64,000 bases of DNA, from the NCBI RefSeq assembly GCF_009914755.1, contig NC_060943.1. One strand, 5' to 3'. This document shows positions 16,871 to 31,870 of the stretch, piece by piece. The notes below the pieces were generated by a model that was not told the DNA's origin, searched no databases, and saw only the letters and a program-made list of their open reading frames with translations. Origin of the DNA: the human T2T-CHM13v2.0 reference genome, Homo sapiens. The first letter of the stretch is position 1. Every line of letters starts with the position of its first letter. Both the position numbers and the translations under genes were made by a program.

Positions 16871-17474
16871 ATATGCTCTTTGGGCCTGGACTGGACAGGC
16901 CACACAAAATACCCCTGGGGAAGAAGGAGATTTGACTCCTGGCTTGCAGCCTGTGTAGGGCCACCAAGTGATCAGGTGGGGTCTGGGGTCAGGGAATCCT
17001 GGGCCCAGCTGCTAGTTCCATCACTTACAAGCTGGTGCTTGCTGAGCTCACTTGGTACCTGGGGATGGTCCTAGCATCTTATGCACAGGGGTTAGGCTCC
17101 AGGTGAGGTTGCAGATCTTGTGCTGGTTGGCATGGACTGGATGCATCAACAAGCCCCAGAGACCAGGAGATATCCCACACTGGAAAGTATTCCTCATGCA
17201 TCAAGTCTGATTCTGCTGCTCTCCCTCAGCAGGAGGATCTACTCCATGGGGTGACTCAGGGATCCAAGCTCCCTCCACCGTAATTTCTCAAGTAGACATC
17301 TAGGCAGCAGACAGGGGAGGGCAAAGCCATTTCTGGACACATAGCTCTCCTCTCCTTCCACTGGTGAGCAGTGTTCCTTGCACCCTCCTGCACACAAAGG
17401 GTCATGGGAAGTGCAGTCTCTGGTAGGGGGTCAGCCAATCCCCAGGACCAACTCCACACCCTGGAAGAAAGGTG

Positions 17475-17825
17475 CAATGGTCTGAATTTGTGTGTCTCCC
17501 CAAAATTTACATGTTGAAACCCTAACCCCTAAGGTGATGGTATTAAGAGATAGGGCCTTTGGGAGGTGATGAGGTCATGAGGGTGGGGCCTCATCCATAG
17601 GATTAGTGCCCTTATGAAAGGGACCCCAGAGAGCTCCCTCACTCCTTCCTCCATGTGTGGGCACAGCAAGAGGGCTCCCTCTATGAACTGGGAATGGGCC
17701 TTCACCACACACTGACTCTGCTGGCACCTTGACCTCAGCCTTACCAGGCTCCAGAACTGTGAGCAATGAATGTCTGTTGTGTATAAGCCACCCAGTCTGT
17801 GATATTGTTACAGCAGCCCAAAAAG
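17475..17825 (+). mobile_element. MaLR LTR (MLT1A/MST-like)
   Basis: TGGTCTGAATTTGTGTGTCTCCCCAAAATTTACATGTTGAAACCCTAACCCC...CCAGAACTGTGAGCAATGAATG..TATTGTTACAGCAGCCCA. Confidence 0.8.
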
Positions 17826-18809
17826 AAAACAAGAGTTTGAGCGGAGGCTGACCCCCCTGCTACCCAAAGCCCAGGGTGGTACCAGCACATGTAGACATCA
17901 GCTACAGGTATAAAAGGTTAAATTCCCAGTGTTTGGGGGGGCATTTCTGAGCCATGACAGTAACAGAATAAATTGCCACCCCTGCCTGGTCCCAGCGATG
18001 CTCACCCCTTGCTGGGATGATTGCAGAGGTCTCCCCGCCTCACTCTTGCTCCATCCTCCCTGCCCCGAGCCTGTTTGCCACGCAGAAGCCCTTCACGTCC
18101 CTCCTCTGACCATAACCCTCCATGGCCAAATTATATTCAAAGACATACAGACTGTGTTGGAATAAATTATATTGAAAGACATACAGACTGTGCCTATTTG
18201 AACCAGATGAAGTTCTAAGGGCTGGAGAAACAGCTATGAACAAGACTTACAAAACCCCTGCCCTTGTGGGGTTGATGTTCTTCTGGGAAGTGACAATTTT
18301 TTTTAAAGCCGTGGAGAAAAAAATCTCAGAAAGAGGAGGGTACTATGCAGAGGGTCGGAGCAGGTTCCAGATTTAAGAAGGTGGAGTGGGGAGACCCGCT
18401 GAGGAGGAGACAGGAAAGCAGAAACTCAGAGGCAGGACAAGGCGGGTGAGGATGTGGGGGAAAGTGTTTCAGGAAGAAGGAACAGCCAGGGCAGAGGCCT
18501 GGGGTTTTGCCCACGCCTGAGGCAGAGTGACAAGAGGACAGAGAACAGATGGGGGCTGGATCAGGAGGGGCGCTGGCCGGCGGGGTGAAGACTGCAGCTT
18601 GATGGGTGAGGTAGGAGTCATGGAGGGTTATGGGCAGAGGAGGGACATGATGGGCTTCTGTGTGGAGAACAGGCTGGGGGCAGGGAGAATGGAGCAGGGG
18701 TGAAGCGGGGAGACCCCTGCAATTGTCCCAGTGAGGGGTGAGCATGGCTGGGACCAGGCAGGGGTGGCGAGAACGTGATGGATTCTGGGTAGGTTTTGAA
18801 GGTAAATCC

Positions 18810-19005
18810 GTGATACAATGGACTTTGGGGACTCGGGGGGAAGCGTGGGATGGGGAGGCGAGGTTTAGATAAAAGACAACATACATGGTGCAGTGTGATG
18901 GGTGCACCAGAATCTCACAAATCACCACTAAAGAACTTATTCGTGTAACCAAATTCCACCTGTACCCCAATAACTTATGGAAAAATAAAATAATAATAAT
19001 AAAAA
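18810..19005 (+). mobile_element. L1PB-like 3' end inserted in an L2 fragment
   Basis: GATACAATGGACTTTGGGGACTCGGGGGGAAG...CACCACTAAAGAACTTATTCGTGTAACCAAA..CTTATGGAAAAATAAAA plus an A-rich tail. Confidence 0.75.
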
Positions 19006-20159
19006 GAAAGTTAAGCCAACAGGATTTATGATCCAACACAGCATCTGACTCCACTGTATAAATCTTGGGTCTCCAATAGGAAAGCACAGCTCCGAAGGGG
19101 TCTGGGCTGGTGAGCGTTGCAGGCTGAATTGTGCCCCCCACCAAATTGATGTCCTAACCCCAGTACTTCCCAATACAGTGACTGTATTGGGAGATGGGGC
19201 CTTTAACCAGGTGGTCAAGGTCAAATGAGGTCACAAGAGCCAGCCCTAATCCAATCTGCTGGTGTAATTACAAGGAGATTAGGACTCAGACATGTACAGA
19301 GGGTCGACCATCCACAAGCCAAGGAGGGAGGCCTCCGGGAAACCAACCCTGCCAACAAATGATGGTGTGTCCCTTCGGGGCTAAACCCCAAGAGGCCTCT
19401 GTGCTCTCTCTTACTCTCAGGTCCCTGCTCAGCCATGTGCACTGGCTTGAGCTAGCTTGCTGGAGGTTGACAGGCCCATGGGGGAAGTCATCCTGGTCAA
19501 AGGTATTCTAGGCCAGCCAGCACAACCCCCAGCCCACAGTCCAAGCTGTGGACAGATACAGGAGCAAGTCCAGCCAAGATCAGCCAAATTCAGATCAGCA
19601 GAACTGTCTAGCTGGTTCATAACTTCATGAACTATAATAAATAATGGTTGTTTCTGTTTTAAGCTTCTAAATGTTGCCATGGTTGGTTATACAGCAATAA
19701 CTAACTGATAGACCTTCCCAGAGCAATGTCTTTATTGGTACTCCCACCACCAATGTATAAGAACACTTATCTCAGTTACTCCCTGACCCATCCTGAGGAA
19801 TAACTGCAAACTTCTGATTTTTTAGATCTTCAAGGGTCCAGGGTGGGTGTGTAGAGACTGCTTATTGTTCCCCAACATCTGGTCTCTCCTTCTTCCATAG
19901 TACTAGAACCCTTACATTTTAGCTGCATTTCCCAGTCTCCCTTGCTGCTAGGTGTGGCCATGTGACTAGGTTCCAACCAATGAGGTATAAGTAGCAACAT
20001 CATATTGCCACTTCCAGGAGATGGACTACTGCATTCAGATTCTGGTTTTGCCACTTCTCTGTTGAGGAACTTTGGAAAGGTGACTTAGTTTCTCTGGTGC
20101 ATCAGTTTCCTCATCTGTAGAGTGGGGATAACGATAGTATCTGCCTTATAGTGTTGTCA

Positions 20160-20891
<732 letters not shown>

Positions 20892-22616
20892 ATAATACTT
20901 TTATTATCAGCTCCTAAGGTTGATGTAAGGTTTAAATATGACCAAGCTCCATGTCTATTATCAGAACAAGTTTTCCTGATGCTTATTTGTCTACCAAGAC
21001 CAGGAAGAAATATTAGGAATTATATCCATCCATCTACTCCCTCCTCCCCAGCACCACCCCATGAGGCTCAGTAGATTTTCCATTTCCTTCGTGATACGTA
21101 CTCATTTGCCCAATAAATCTTTTTCAAAGCATGAAAATTCATAGGGGGATCTTTTTGGCCCAAATTTCTTGTAAGAGATGCCTACAGGGAGGTAAATGTT
21201 CATTTATAGCTTATCACCTGTTTTACAGAGAGGTTGAGAGGTGGAAAGAAATGGAGGGAAGGAAGAGGTAGGAGTGAAGTTGGCATTTTTCATTGTTGAT
21301 CCAATGTAGCACACAGACGTTGGTGTGAGCAGATGCATGTGGAAAGGAGGAGGAGAAATTTGGGTCAGGAAGGAACCTGAGCTATTTTTTTCTCTCAGTG
21401 GTGGGTGAGTAGCTGTTTTAAGGAAAAAGAAAGTGGAAAAAAGGAAATAAGAGAGTGAATGCCTAATATATAAATACTCAGAACTTCTGCACCCTCTGAT
21501 AAGTAGGAACCCCAAGAAACAAGAAGCTTTGGGGGTGAACGGGGTGTCGTTCATTCAATAAACATCTGAGCACCTATTCTGTGCCAGGCACTGTTGCAGG
21601 GTCTGGGAACCGAGCAATGAACAAACCAAAGTCTTTTACCATATGGAACCACCACTCCTAATTTCTGGGCATGATCAGAGAATGGGATGAAATGGAGAGT
21701 GAAGGGGAGGCCGCCTCAACTTCAGTGGTCAGAGAGGGCCACTCTAAGAAGGTAACATTTGAGCAGAGACCCACTTGGCAAAGAGAAGACAGTTACATAG
21801 GTATCTAAGGAAGGCATTCTCCTTTCATCAAAGTGTTCACTGATGCTTTGCTTAGAAGAATTGACAACACCCAAGAGTCCATCCTTAGAAGACTGGCTGA
21901 ATGTATCAGGATTCAACTGGGTGAGAAATGAGTTGAATATTTGAATATGGTAGGAGTTCTGAATTACAGAATTAAATGAAAACAAACAGAACAATCGATG
22001 ACAGCATATATGTGTACTCTCATTTGTGTTTTCTTTAAGTGAGGGGGCTTCAGGGGCTTTCACTCAGCAGCTATTTACCTACTTTCACAGAAACATTTCA
22101 ATAAGTTAGCAACCTATATAGAAGTAGTAGTGCTCTGCTAATTATCAGTTGTGTATATAAAGTGTATCAGTCAGTTTTGCTGTGTAACAAACCACTCCAA
22201 AACTTAGTGACTTAAAATAACAAGCATTATTAGCTCATGAATGTGGCCACAGGGGCTAAGTTAAACTGGATAGTTCTGGCCTCAGCTGACTTCATGTGTT
22301 CAACTGTGGTCAGCTGTGGGCTGCCTGGTCCAGAATAACCTTGTCCGAGATGACTCGCCTCTCCTCCTTGGGCATCTCATCCTCCAGCAAGCCAGCTCAA
22401 GCCAGTGCACATGACTGAGCAGGGATTTGAGAGGAAAAGAGAGCATAGAATTCTTTTGAGGTGTGTGTGTGTATGCATTGATCCTCAGCCTCACTTCTCC
22501 TATACATAGAATGAACCTGGTTATTATTACTCATTCCATAATAACAATGCCAGATGCCTATCAGCCGCAAACTATGAGATATGCACTGTTGTTATTGGAT
22601 AAGTTGTGATAAGTAA

Positions 22617-22949
<333 letters not shown>

Positions 22950-23222
22950 TAGTTATTTACATTTTAATATTTCTCACATTGAAATATGTCTTACAATTGT
23001 TCATATCTTTGGCTTTTCTTCTTTTTTCCTTACAAAGTTCTTAACTTCTTTATTTTATAAGCAATACATCTGAAAGGAAAATCATCACATTCATGGCATA
23101 TCATAGTCAGGAAGAAAAATTAGGTTGCATCCTGAGGTTGACCAAACATACCAGATTCACCCTGTTAAGTCCTGGTCCCCAAATAAAACATTGAGCACTT
23201 CCTGTAAGCCGGACTCCTTAGC

Positions 23223-23227
23223 AAAAA

Positions 23228-23278
<51 letters not shown>

Positions 23279-23599
23279 ATTACCACATCCAGAAAGTTTG
23301 TGAACTCTCTTCAAATATCAGCATGGCAAAACTCACATATATATATATATATATATAAAATATATATAATATATATTATATATTATATTATATATAATAT
23401 ATATTATATATTATATTATATATAATATATATTATATATTATATTATATATAATATAAATAATATATATTATATAATATATAACATAAATATATATATAA
23501 TATAATATAAATATAAATATCTATCTATCTATCTATCTGAGTTTTGCCATGCTGAGATTTGAAGAGAGTTCACAAACTTTCTGGATGTGGTAATCATTT
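23223..23599. repeat. Poly-A/(TA)n tract, then a 62-bp inverted repeat enclosing an AT-rich microsatellite
   Basis: Arms 23274-23335 and 23538-23599 are reverse complements at 61/62 positions. The spacer is (TA)n/(ATATT)n/(ATCT)n. Confidence 0.95.
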
Positions 23600-25512
23600 A
23601 ATATTATTACCGCTTTTTTTTTTTTATCATGAAAGAACAAATGTAATGTTGGTAAGCCTGGTAATCTTGTGATTTTTTTTCTTTTAAATACCTTTTGTGT
23701 TTTTAACTTGAGAAGACTTTATAGACATATCTATGTGCCCACAGAAAATATCGACATTGTTTTATGTGTTGCTGGGTTTTCACGTCATTCATGTCAGACT
23801 GCATCTGTAGATTTGCAACTTGCTTCCCCCATCCTCCCATGAAATGATGTGTCTTGGAGACCTTTTCATATCCATCCACGATGATCTATTTTGTTCTGTA
23901 AAATGAGTATAATAACAACACTCAACCAACATGATCTTGGTGAGGACACATTAAGCTCTCAATAAATGTTACTTGATTTATAATGATTCTGTCTTTGGAA
24001 TCATTTTTCTAGCGAGACTGCAGAAAAGCCCTGTGGGCTGGAAGTGGCTAGGAGAACCTGTTTCTCTAAGCAGACTTGACAGCTCGCTGCCCTTGTATGA
24101 TTTACCCCATACACCCCCAAGTGATTGTATCCTTCTAGATTTTAAATAACAAGGTGAGTTTTCCCATTTCAATCATACTTCTTCCCCTTGCAATCCCACC
24201 TTAAATAAATGGAAAATTTTTTAGTAGTAGTGAAACAAGAAGGTCTTTGGGGACATATCGCTCTGGGTTTAATCCTGGATATGCCATTTACAAGCTGACC
24301 TGCCCCAGGGTGTCCGAGGCTCCCAAATGATCACAGTTTGGAGATGGCCACGTACACTAGATACATCCACACAATGTGATTAATTCCCTGCAGTTGCCAA
24401 AAAGCATGAAATAGATTCCTCTCCTTGTGGGATGGTCCCTACTGATAGGATTCCCTGCTTGGTGCCACAGAACCCTGCCTTATGGGCCACAGCAGATGTA
24501 CCAGAGGATAGAACAACAGGTCACTGGCCCATGAAGTGGTCTTATGGCAAAGTCTTACTCAACAGGGGTCTGTGATCTTGGATGTCTCGATCTGGCAGAT
24601 CATAGACTTCATCCTGCCAACTGACGAAAACAGTTCAGTTCAGGTCACGTCACTCATTTTCCTTTTAATTTAATGAATTACCATCATTAAAACATTGAGA
24701 TAGTTTACATTTACAAACACCGTTTTTCATTCATTCGACTGTTTCAAAACAACATTCATGGGCCATCTGGTATGTGCCAAGACACGTTCCAGGTTCTGGA
24801 GGCTCAGAGGTAAATTAGAAACACACAGCCCCTACCATCATGGGTCTGTACCATTTTAGAAACAAGGCAGACAGTAAGCAAAAAGAAATATTCATAAAGT
24901 AATGAGCTCCAGCTTATTTTGAGAAATTGAAATATCAAAACTCACTGGGCCAGCAACTCCATTAGAGGACATAATAGAAAGATAGTGAAGAGCCATATCA
25001 CAGTGGTTCTAGGTAAACAAAGAGCTCAAAGTCAGAGCCTCAAAGCTCTCTGGCCCTTGAAAAGTTGTGAATATCATCCTATTAGGCATACAGGATATGC
25101 TTCAGGCATACTGGGTGTCACCTGCAATGTCCAGCACGTAGTGAGTGCTTTATGAATGTCTGTCTCTTGAGTGATTGTGGAAGCTGTGCCTTTTCTGGTG
25201 ACCAGATCATTGGGAAGAACACTTATTCATCCATTCAACAATTCCAGAGAGATTTGATTTTGTGAAGGACTCACTCTTGCAGAGGGTGTACAATTCAAAA
25301 CCCACATAATTCAAGACTAACCCTGACAAAAAGATGGTGGGTGTGTCTATTCACCAGCTAAAGCGACACTAAAATAACAGTCACAGTTTACAATGTATGT
25401 GATTGGTTGTATTTGGAAGCATGAGAAACTGTAGCCATGCTGCATTTCTGTAAATCTACAATAACATCCCTCTTGTGACCCCAGCTTGCAACATAAAAAA
25501 TAGCGCTTTGCC

Positions 25513-26007
<495 letters not shown>

Positions 26008-26233
26008 TCATGTTAATAATTTCAATCCGGTTCAGCCAGGCCCTGCTGTCCTAAGAACAAAAGCTGTCACTTAAAAATGACTTTGCAGTTGTTGCCCTCA
26101 TCTGTTTTCATCCCATGATCTCTACAGCCCAGAGATCTTTGTTTCCAGGAAACAGCAGGGCTTTCCCCAGGCGGATGGGTTCTTTGAAGGAGGGGGAAAA
26201 AAAAAAGTCTTCTCCAGCTATTCTGTGTAGAGC

Positions 26234-26585
26234 GTCAGCACCACCGAACGCTAATGCTTGAATGGTTTAAAACTGCGGACAGCTCACGCCAGACAGATTC
26301 AGCACCACGGACAGCCCCCAAGGCAGCTCGTGATGTGAATGGTTCAGCACCGCAGACAGCTCAAGCCTCGCCGGACAGCCCTGCTGGAAGTGGTTCAGCA
26401 CCACGGATAGCCCCGCTAATATCCATCAGAACCCCGGGCGGCTCAGGCCAGAATGGTTCAGCACCACAGGCAGCCCCCCAGGCTCGCAGGACAGTTCCCC
26501 CCAGCCTCGCAGGGTAGCCTGTGCTGGGACTCTTCCGGTATCACGAAGAGCCCTGCTGGACTGGTTCTGCAACATGGATAGGAAC
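26234..26585 (+). promoter_or_regulatory. Tandem array of RE1/NRSE (REST-binding) elements
   Basis: TTCAGCACCACGGACAGCCCC (26298), TTCAGCACCGCAGACAGCTCA (26343), TTCAGCACCACGGATAGCCCC (26394) and TTCAGCACCACAGGCAGCCCC (26457), compared with consensus TTCAGCACCACGGACAGCGCC. Degenerate copies also present. Confidence 0.88.
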
Positions 26586-27196
26586 AAGTGTCATTTCGCC
26601 ATCACCTGTGCTAGATGTAGACGCTCTTCTGAGCTGATTCCTGAGCCCCCTCTGCAACTTTCACCTCTGGAGACTCTGATGGGGCTATCTGGGTAATCCA
26701 GGCTCTTCTGGAGTTGACCTCAGAAATGCAGGCATCCAACAGTTAATATGCCCAAAAGGGAACTCTGGATTTTCCCCACAAAATAAACTTGATCTCACTT
26801 AGGGCACTTCAGGGCACTCAGTTGCTCAGGCCCAAAGCCCAGAAGTCTCCCTTGATTCGTCTCTTTCTGTCACACCTCGCACTCCACCCATTAGTGAGTC
26901 CTCTCAGCTCCACCTGTAGAGCAAATCCTGAATCTACCCACTGCTCTCCATCCCCATTGCCACTGCCTTACTCCAGGCCACCGTCGCTTCTCACCTGGTT
27001 TACTGCAAGAGCCTCCTAAGTGATCCTCCTACTTTACCGCCCCTTCTAGTGCATTCCCCACACAGCAGTTTCAGTGAGCCTTGGAAAATGTAAACCAGAG
27101 TCTATCATACCATTCCTCAGTACCTGCCACTATCTCCAATACACCTATAATAAAATTCAAAGATCTTCCTGTGGCTTTCATGACTCTGGATGCCTA

Positions 27197-27488
27197 TCTT
27201 TTTTTTTTCCTTTTGAGATGGAGTCTCACTCTGTCGCCCAGGCTGGGTACAATGGCGTAATCTCGGCTGCAACCTCCGCCTCCCGGGTTCAAGCGATTCC
27301 CCTTCCTCAGGCTCCTGAATAGCTGGGACTACAGGCGCGTGCCACCACGCCCATCTAATTTTTGTATTTTTGGTAGAGACGGGGTTTCACCATGTCGGTC
27401 AGGATGGTCTTGATCTCTTGACCTCGTGATCTGCCCACCTCAACCTCCCAAAGTGCTGGGATTACAGGAGTGAGCCACCGCGCCCGGG
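27197..27488 (-). mobile_element. AluS (Sc-like)
   Basis: Antisense Alu dimer. Confidence 0.88.
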
Positions 27489-28057
27489 CGCCTCTCTATC
27501 TTACATCCCATGACACTCTCGCTTTCCTGGTCACACTGGTCACACCACCTCCCTGTTGGTTCCTCAGGGCCTTTGCCTCTGGTGTGCTCTGTCCATGGTG
27601 CTGAACTCATTCAAGTGTGGATTCAACTATAACTGTCTCCTTTCCACCATTTGGTCCTTAGCTCAAAATATGACCTTTTCTAAAAGGCCTTCCCTGACCA
27701 TCCCCACCTAAAGTGGCTTCAAAGTTACTATCACAGTGATTTATTTCACAGAATTTAGTACTTCACAGAATTTAGCACAAACTATATTTCATTTTGCATT
27801 TATTGGTTTACTTGACACTGTCTGTTTTCATCATTAGAATGTAAGCTCCATTAGGCCACAGACATCAGTTGCCTTAGCTACCCGGAACAGCATCTTCACA
27901 TGGCAGTTGTTTAATAAATATTAGTTGTATGAGTGAATGAATGAATGAGTGGATGAATTCTCAGCCCTGCATTAATTTTTCTTTTCCTGGCTAGTCATGG
28001 AGCCCCAAAAAGATGTCAACAGCACTTACCTCCTGGTAAAATTGTGGTCCAGGGTTT

Positions 28058-28206
28058 GTGTTGGGGTCCCCAAGATCATCCGCAGGTTTGATGATTTCCT
28101 GGGAGGAGGACTCAAGAGAGACTCAGCACATAGTCATACTCACGGCTATGATTTACTACAGTGAAAGTATACAAAGCACAATCAACAAAGGGAAAAGGCC
28201 CATGGG
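28058..28206. mobile_element. MER21/MER77-like LTR fragment
   Basis: TGTTGGGGTCCCCAAGATCA..GACTCAGCACATAGTCATACTCACGGCTATGATTTACTACAGTGAAAG. Confidence 0.55.
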
Positions 28207-28709
28207 GATAACACATCTGTACTCCAGCCCTTGGCTTGCTATGAGGCTATGGCAAGACAGAGAATGTGTTATGTTACAGTAGGATAATGAAGAATTGGAA
28301 CCAATAATTCAATCTACCACACGTAGTGGTGGCATGTAGCTATAATTTTTTAATCGTGATTTTATTTCCCTTTTAGGTTATGGCACTTGAAACTGGCTTT
28401 CCACTTATAGGAGTGCTGTAAAGTTTCCATTTAAAGGTACTTCTTAAATGGTTTTAGAAAACGAATTCATTTTAAATAAAAATATTAAGTAAATAGGAAT
28501 GCAGGGATGTTATGTGTAAATGAAAGCAATCATGAAGATGTTACTCATTGCTGCAGAAACAGGGCAAACATTGAAAAAGGGTGTTTGAGAGGTTGAAGTT
28601 TGAGAAACATTAAAGACATAAAACAGGATTCCAGACACTTTCCCTTCATTGTTTTCTTCTGTTTAGGGAAGAAATCACCTCTAAGGGGTCACTCAGTAAC
28701 ATTCCTTTC

Positions 28710-29096
<387 letters not shown>

Positions 29097-29935
29097 TTAC
29101 CCCATATTGAGGACCTGCTGTTCAATAATTATAATGATAATACCAGTGACATTTACTGAGCACTCAAAATTAGGAGGCATATGTATTAACCTATATGATG
29201 TTCACACTAACCCTATGAGGTAGAAAATATTATTGTCCCCATTTTGCAGGTAAGGAAACTGAGACCGAGTTAATTCACTTCCCAAAGTTATACAGCTAGT
29301 ACATTGTTAGATCTGCATCTGGACGCCCAGTTCCTAACCCTCTCAAGACTCTGTGACCTGGGGCAGCTCACCTGGTCTCCTGCACTAAATGTCTTGTTAT
29401 CAAAGGAGGTGATGAGGATTGGATGAAATGTCTAATTCTTGACACTTCATCTCTCTTCTCTGCACACTCTGAACTATCTTTGGAATGGCAGGAAACTCAT
29501 CTTCTAAACATAGAAATGAAGAAAGTTTCCCATCCCAATTACATAACCTATCTGAAAACTCGTAGGCAAACCCAATCTCAGTCCTTCCATAATCTTACTG
29601 TGTGTCCTTTGTACAACTCATTTAACTCCTTTGTGCCTCAGTTCTCTTCTCTGTTAAATGGGGATAATAATACTACCACTTTGGGCTGTTGGAATTAAAT
29701 GAGATAATATTAACGAGATGGCTTTCCTTGTAGTATTTTTTTGATAAATGACAGTTATTTTTGTTTTTCTGAATAACCAGGGTAATTCAATTTTCTATCC
29801 ATTAGGGAAAGGAGGTTAAATCCTTACCTCATACCATTCAAAAAAATTCCAGAAGGTTCAAACAAAATAAATATATAAAATAAGACTGTAAAATATAAGA
29901 TTATACAGGAAAATGTGTTTATGAGAGTAAGGGGA

Positions 29936-30222
29936 GGCCAGGAGAAGTGATTCATGCCTGTAATCCTAGCACTTTGGAAGGCTGAGCTGGGAAGATCAGT
30001 TGAGGCCAGGAGTTTGAGACCAGCCTGGGCAACATAGTGAGACCCTGTTTCTACAAAAAATTTAAAAATTAGCCAGGTGTGGTGGCACATGCCTGCAGTC
30101 CCAGCTACTCAGGAGGCTGAGGCAAGAGCATCACTTGAGGCCAGGAGTTCAAGGCTGCTGTGAGCTATGATCACACTACTGCACTCCAGCCTGGGTGACA
30201 GAGTAAGACCTTGTCTCAAAGA
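29936..30222 (+). mobile_element. AluJ
   Basis: Alu dimer with AluJ-type substitutions. Confidence 0.85.
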
Positions 30223-30929
30223 GACAAGGAGGGGGAGGAGGGGCGGGGAAGAGAGGGAGAGACAAGGCTGAGGAAGGGCATCTTAAGACCCTAAAAGCAA
30301 AAAATAAATAAATAAATAAAAAGGATATCTTGTATTTTTATTAAAATTCAAAACTTCAGGCACTGTGTAAACACAATAAAAACATAAGGGAGGAGCCAGG
30401 AGAAAATATTTGCCACAGATAGAGTAACAGGCAAAGGATTAATGTGCAGAATATAGAAAGAATGTCTATTAATCAGTAAGTAAAAGCTACATAAACAAAT
30501 AGAGCAATGCGGAGAGGAGGAGATAAACGGGTAATTCACAGAAGAGAGAATAAGCCTGTTCAAATACATGTGTTTAATTCTCCTCACTAGTAATCAGGGA
30601 AATGTAGCTAAGATGATGCAGGGACGCCGTTTTCCCCCTACCTATGGCTTTGCCGAAAATTTTAAAAATTTAATGTAGCCTCCATGAGAGCAACTTGGCT
30701 GTAGTCACTGCATTGTAAATTTGAACAACAATGGTCATTGATAATAATAGCAGCTATTAGGCACTGTTGTAAGAACTGTACGTGTATTACTTATTATTGT
30801 TATTATTGTTTTACTTTCACAGAAATCCTGGGACTTGGTAACCATAATTATTCCCACTTAACAGCATGGGCAACCGAGGCACGGAAATGTTAAGTAACAC
30901 ACCCGAGGACTCACTAGTAACAAATGGCA

Positions 30930-31870
30930 AAGCCAGCCGCTGCCCCAGGCGGTCGGGCCTCAGGGTCCCCGGGCTGCCACCCCCTGCCCCAGCTCCTTCT
31001 CCCTTCCGCCCACCCCGGACTCCCGGTTTGCAGACTGGAGAACCACGGGGGGCGTACGCAAAGCCGCTGGCCTTGGGGCGTCTGTCGCAGGGTACCTCGA
31101 ACATAACCTACGTGCTCATCAGCTAGAGATGGACCAGCTCGGTACCACACCCCCCTGCAACCACGCCGCGGGTACCCCGCCTCTGCGGCTCATCCACTCC
31201 CTTCCCCACGCCCCTCCAGGTGCAGGCTTCCCGGGGGTGGAGGAGGGGAGGAGGACACCCACGCTCCCCAATTCCCCCACCTCCCATCTCCCACCTCCCC
31301 CCACCCCCCCGCAGCCTCCGCGTCTGCGCAGCCGCAGTCAGTGCGGCGCCAGCTCTGCAGAGCCCAGACAGGGTCCGGTTGGGGAGGGTGAGTCCTTCGA
31401 GGGACCCCCGCGGGCGGGAAGGAGGCGGAGAAAAGGGGCTGGGGGCGCGGGCGGCGATCCGGGGATGCGCGCGCGAGTATGGATGCGCAGAGGGTGTGTG
31501 TGCCTGGGCGAGGGTGAGGGGCAGAACCGCTCCAGGGATAGGGTCCGGGGAGAGGGCGTCTCCAAGCCCGTCCGGTGGGAGAGGACCGGGGTCTGTCGGG
31601 GTCGGGTCTGTTTCTCCGCAGCGGCGGTCTGTGTCCTGGCTTGGGGGTTGCAGGTGAATTCCAGCCTCCTCGTGAGGAGGGGAGCACAGACCTGTGTACC
31701 CTCGTGGGGCGGCACGGGCACGTGCGCTCGTCTCGCTGGGGCTTGGTGTCGATGTTCGCTCCCCCTGGGGTGTTCAGCGCACCTGCCCGAGTGTGCACCT
31801 GTGCGTGTTCGCGTTGTGTGTCCGCCTGGGCCCCTGTGGACCACCCTGCAACGGTGGGAGCGCAGGCTCT
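30930..31870 (+). promoter_or_regulatory. SMIM17: CpG island / SMIM17 promoter with non-coding exon 1 (donor G|gtgagt at 31388)
   Basis: Very high GC and CpG density and a strong 5' splice site GAGG|GTGAGT. Lies about 2.4 kb upstream of the first coding exon. The C-run tract 31274-31310 could form a G4 on the minus strand. Confidence 0.8.

Noticed and set aside
26254-26517. 87-aa ORF with GSAPRTAP repeats
   Set aside because: The peptide repeats are just the translation of the RE1 array.
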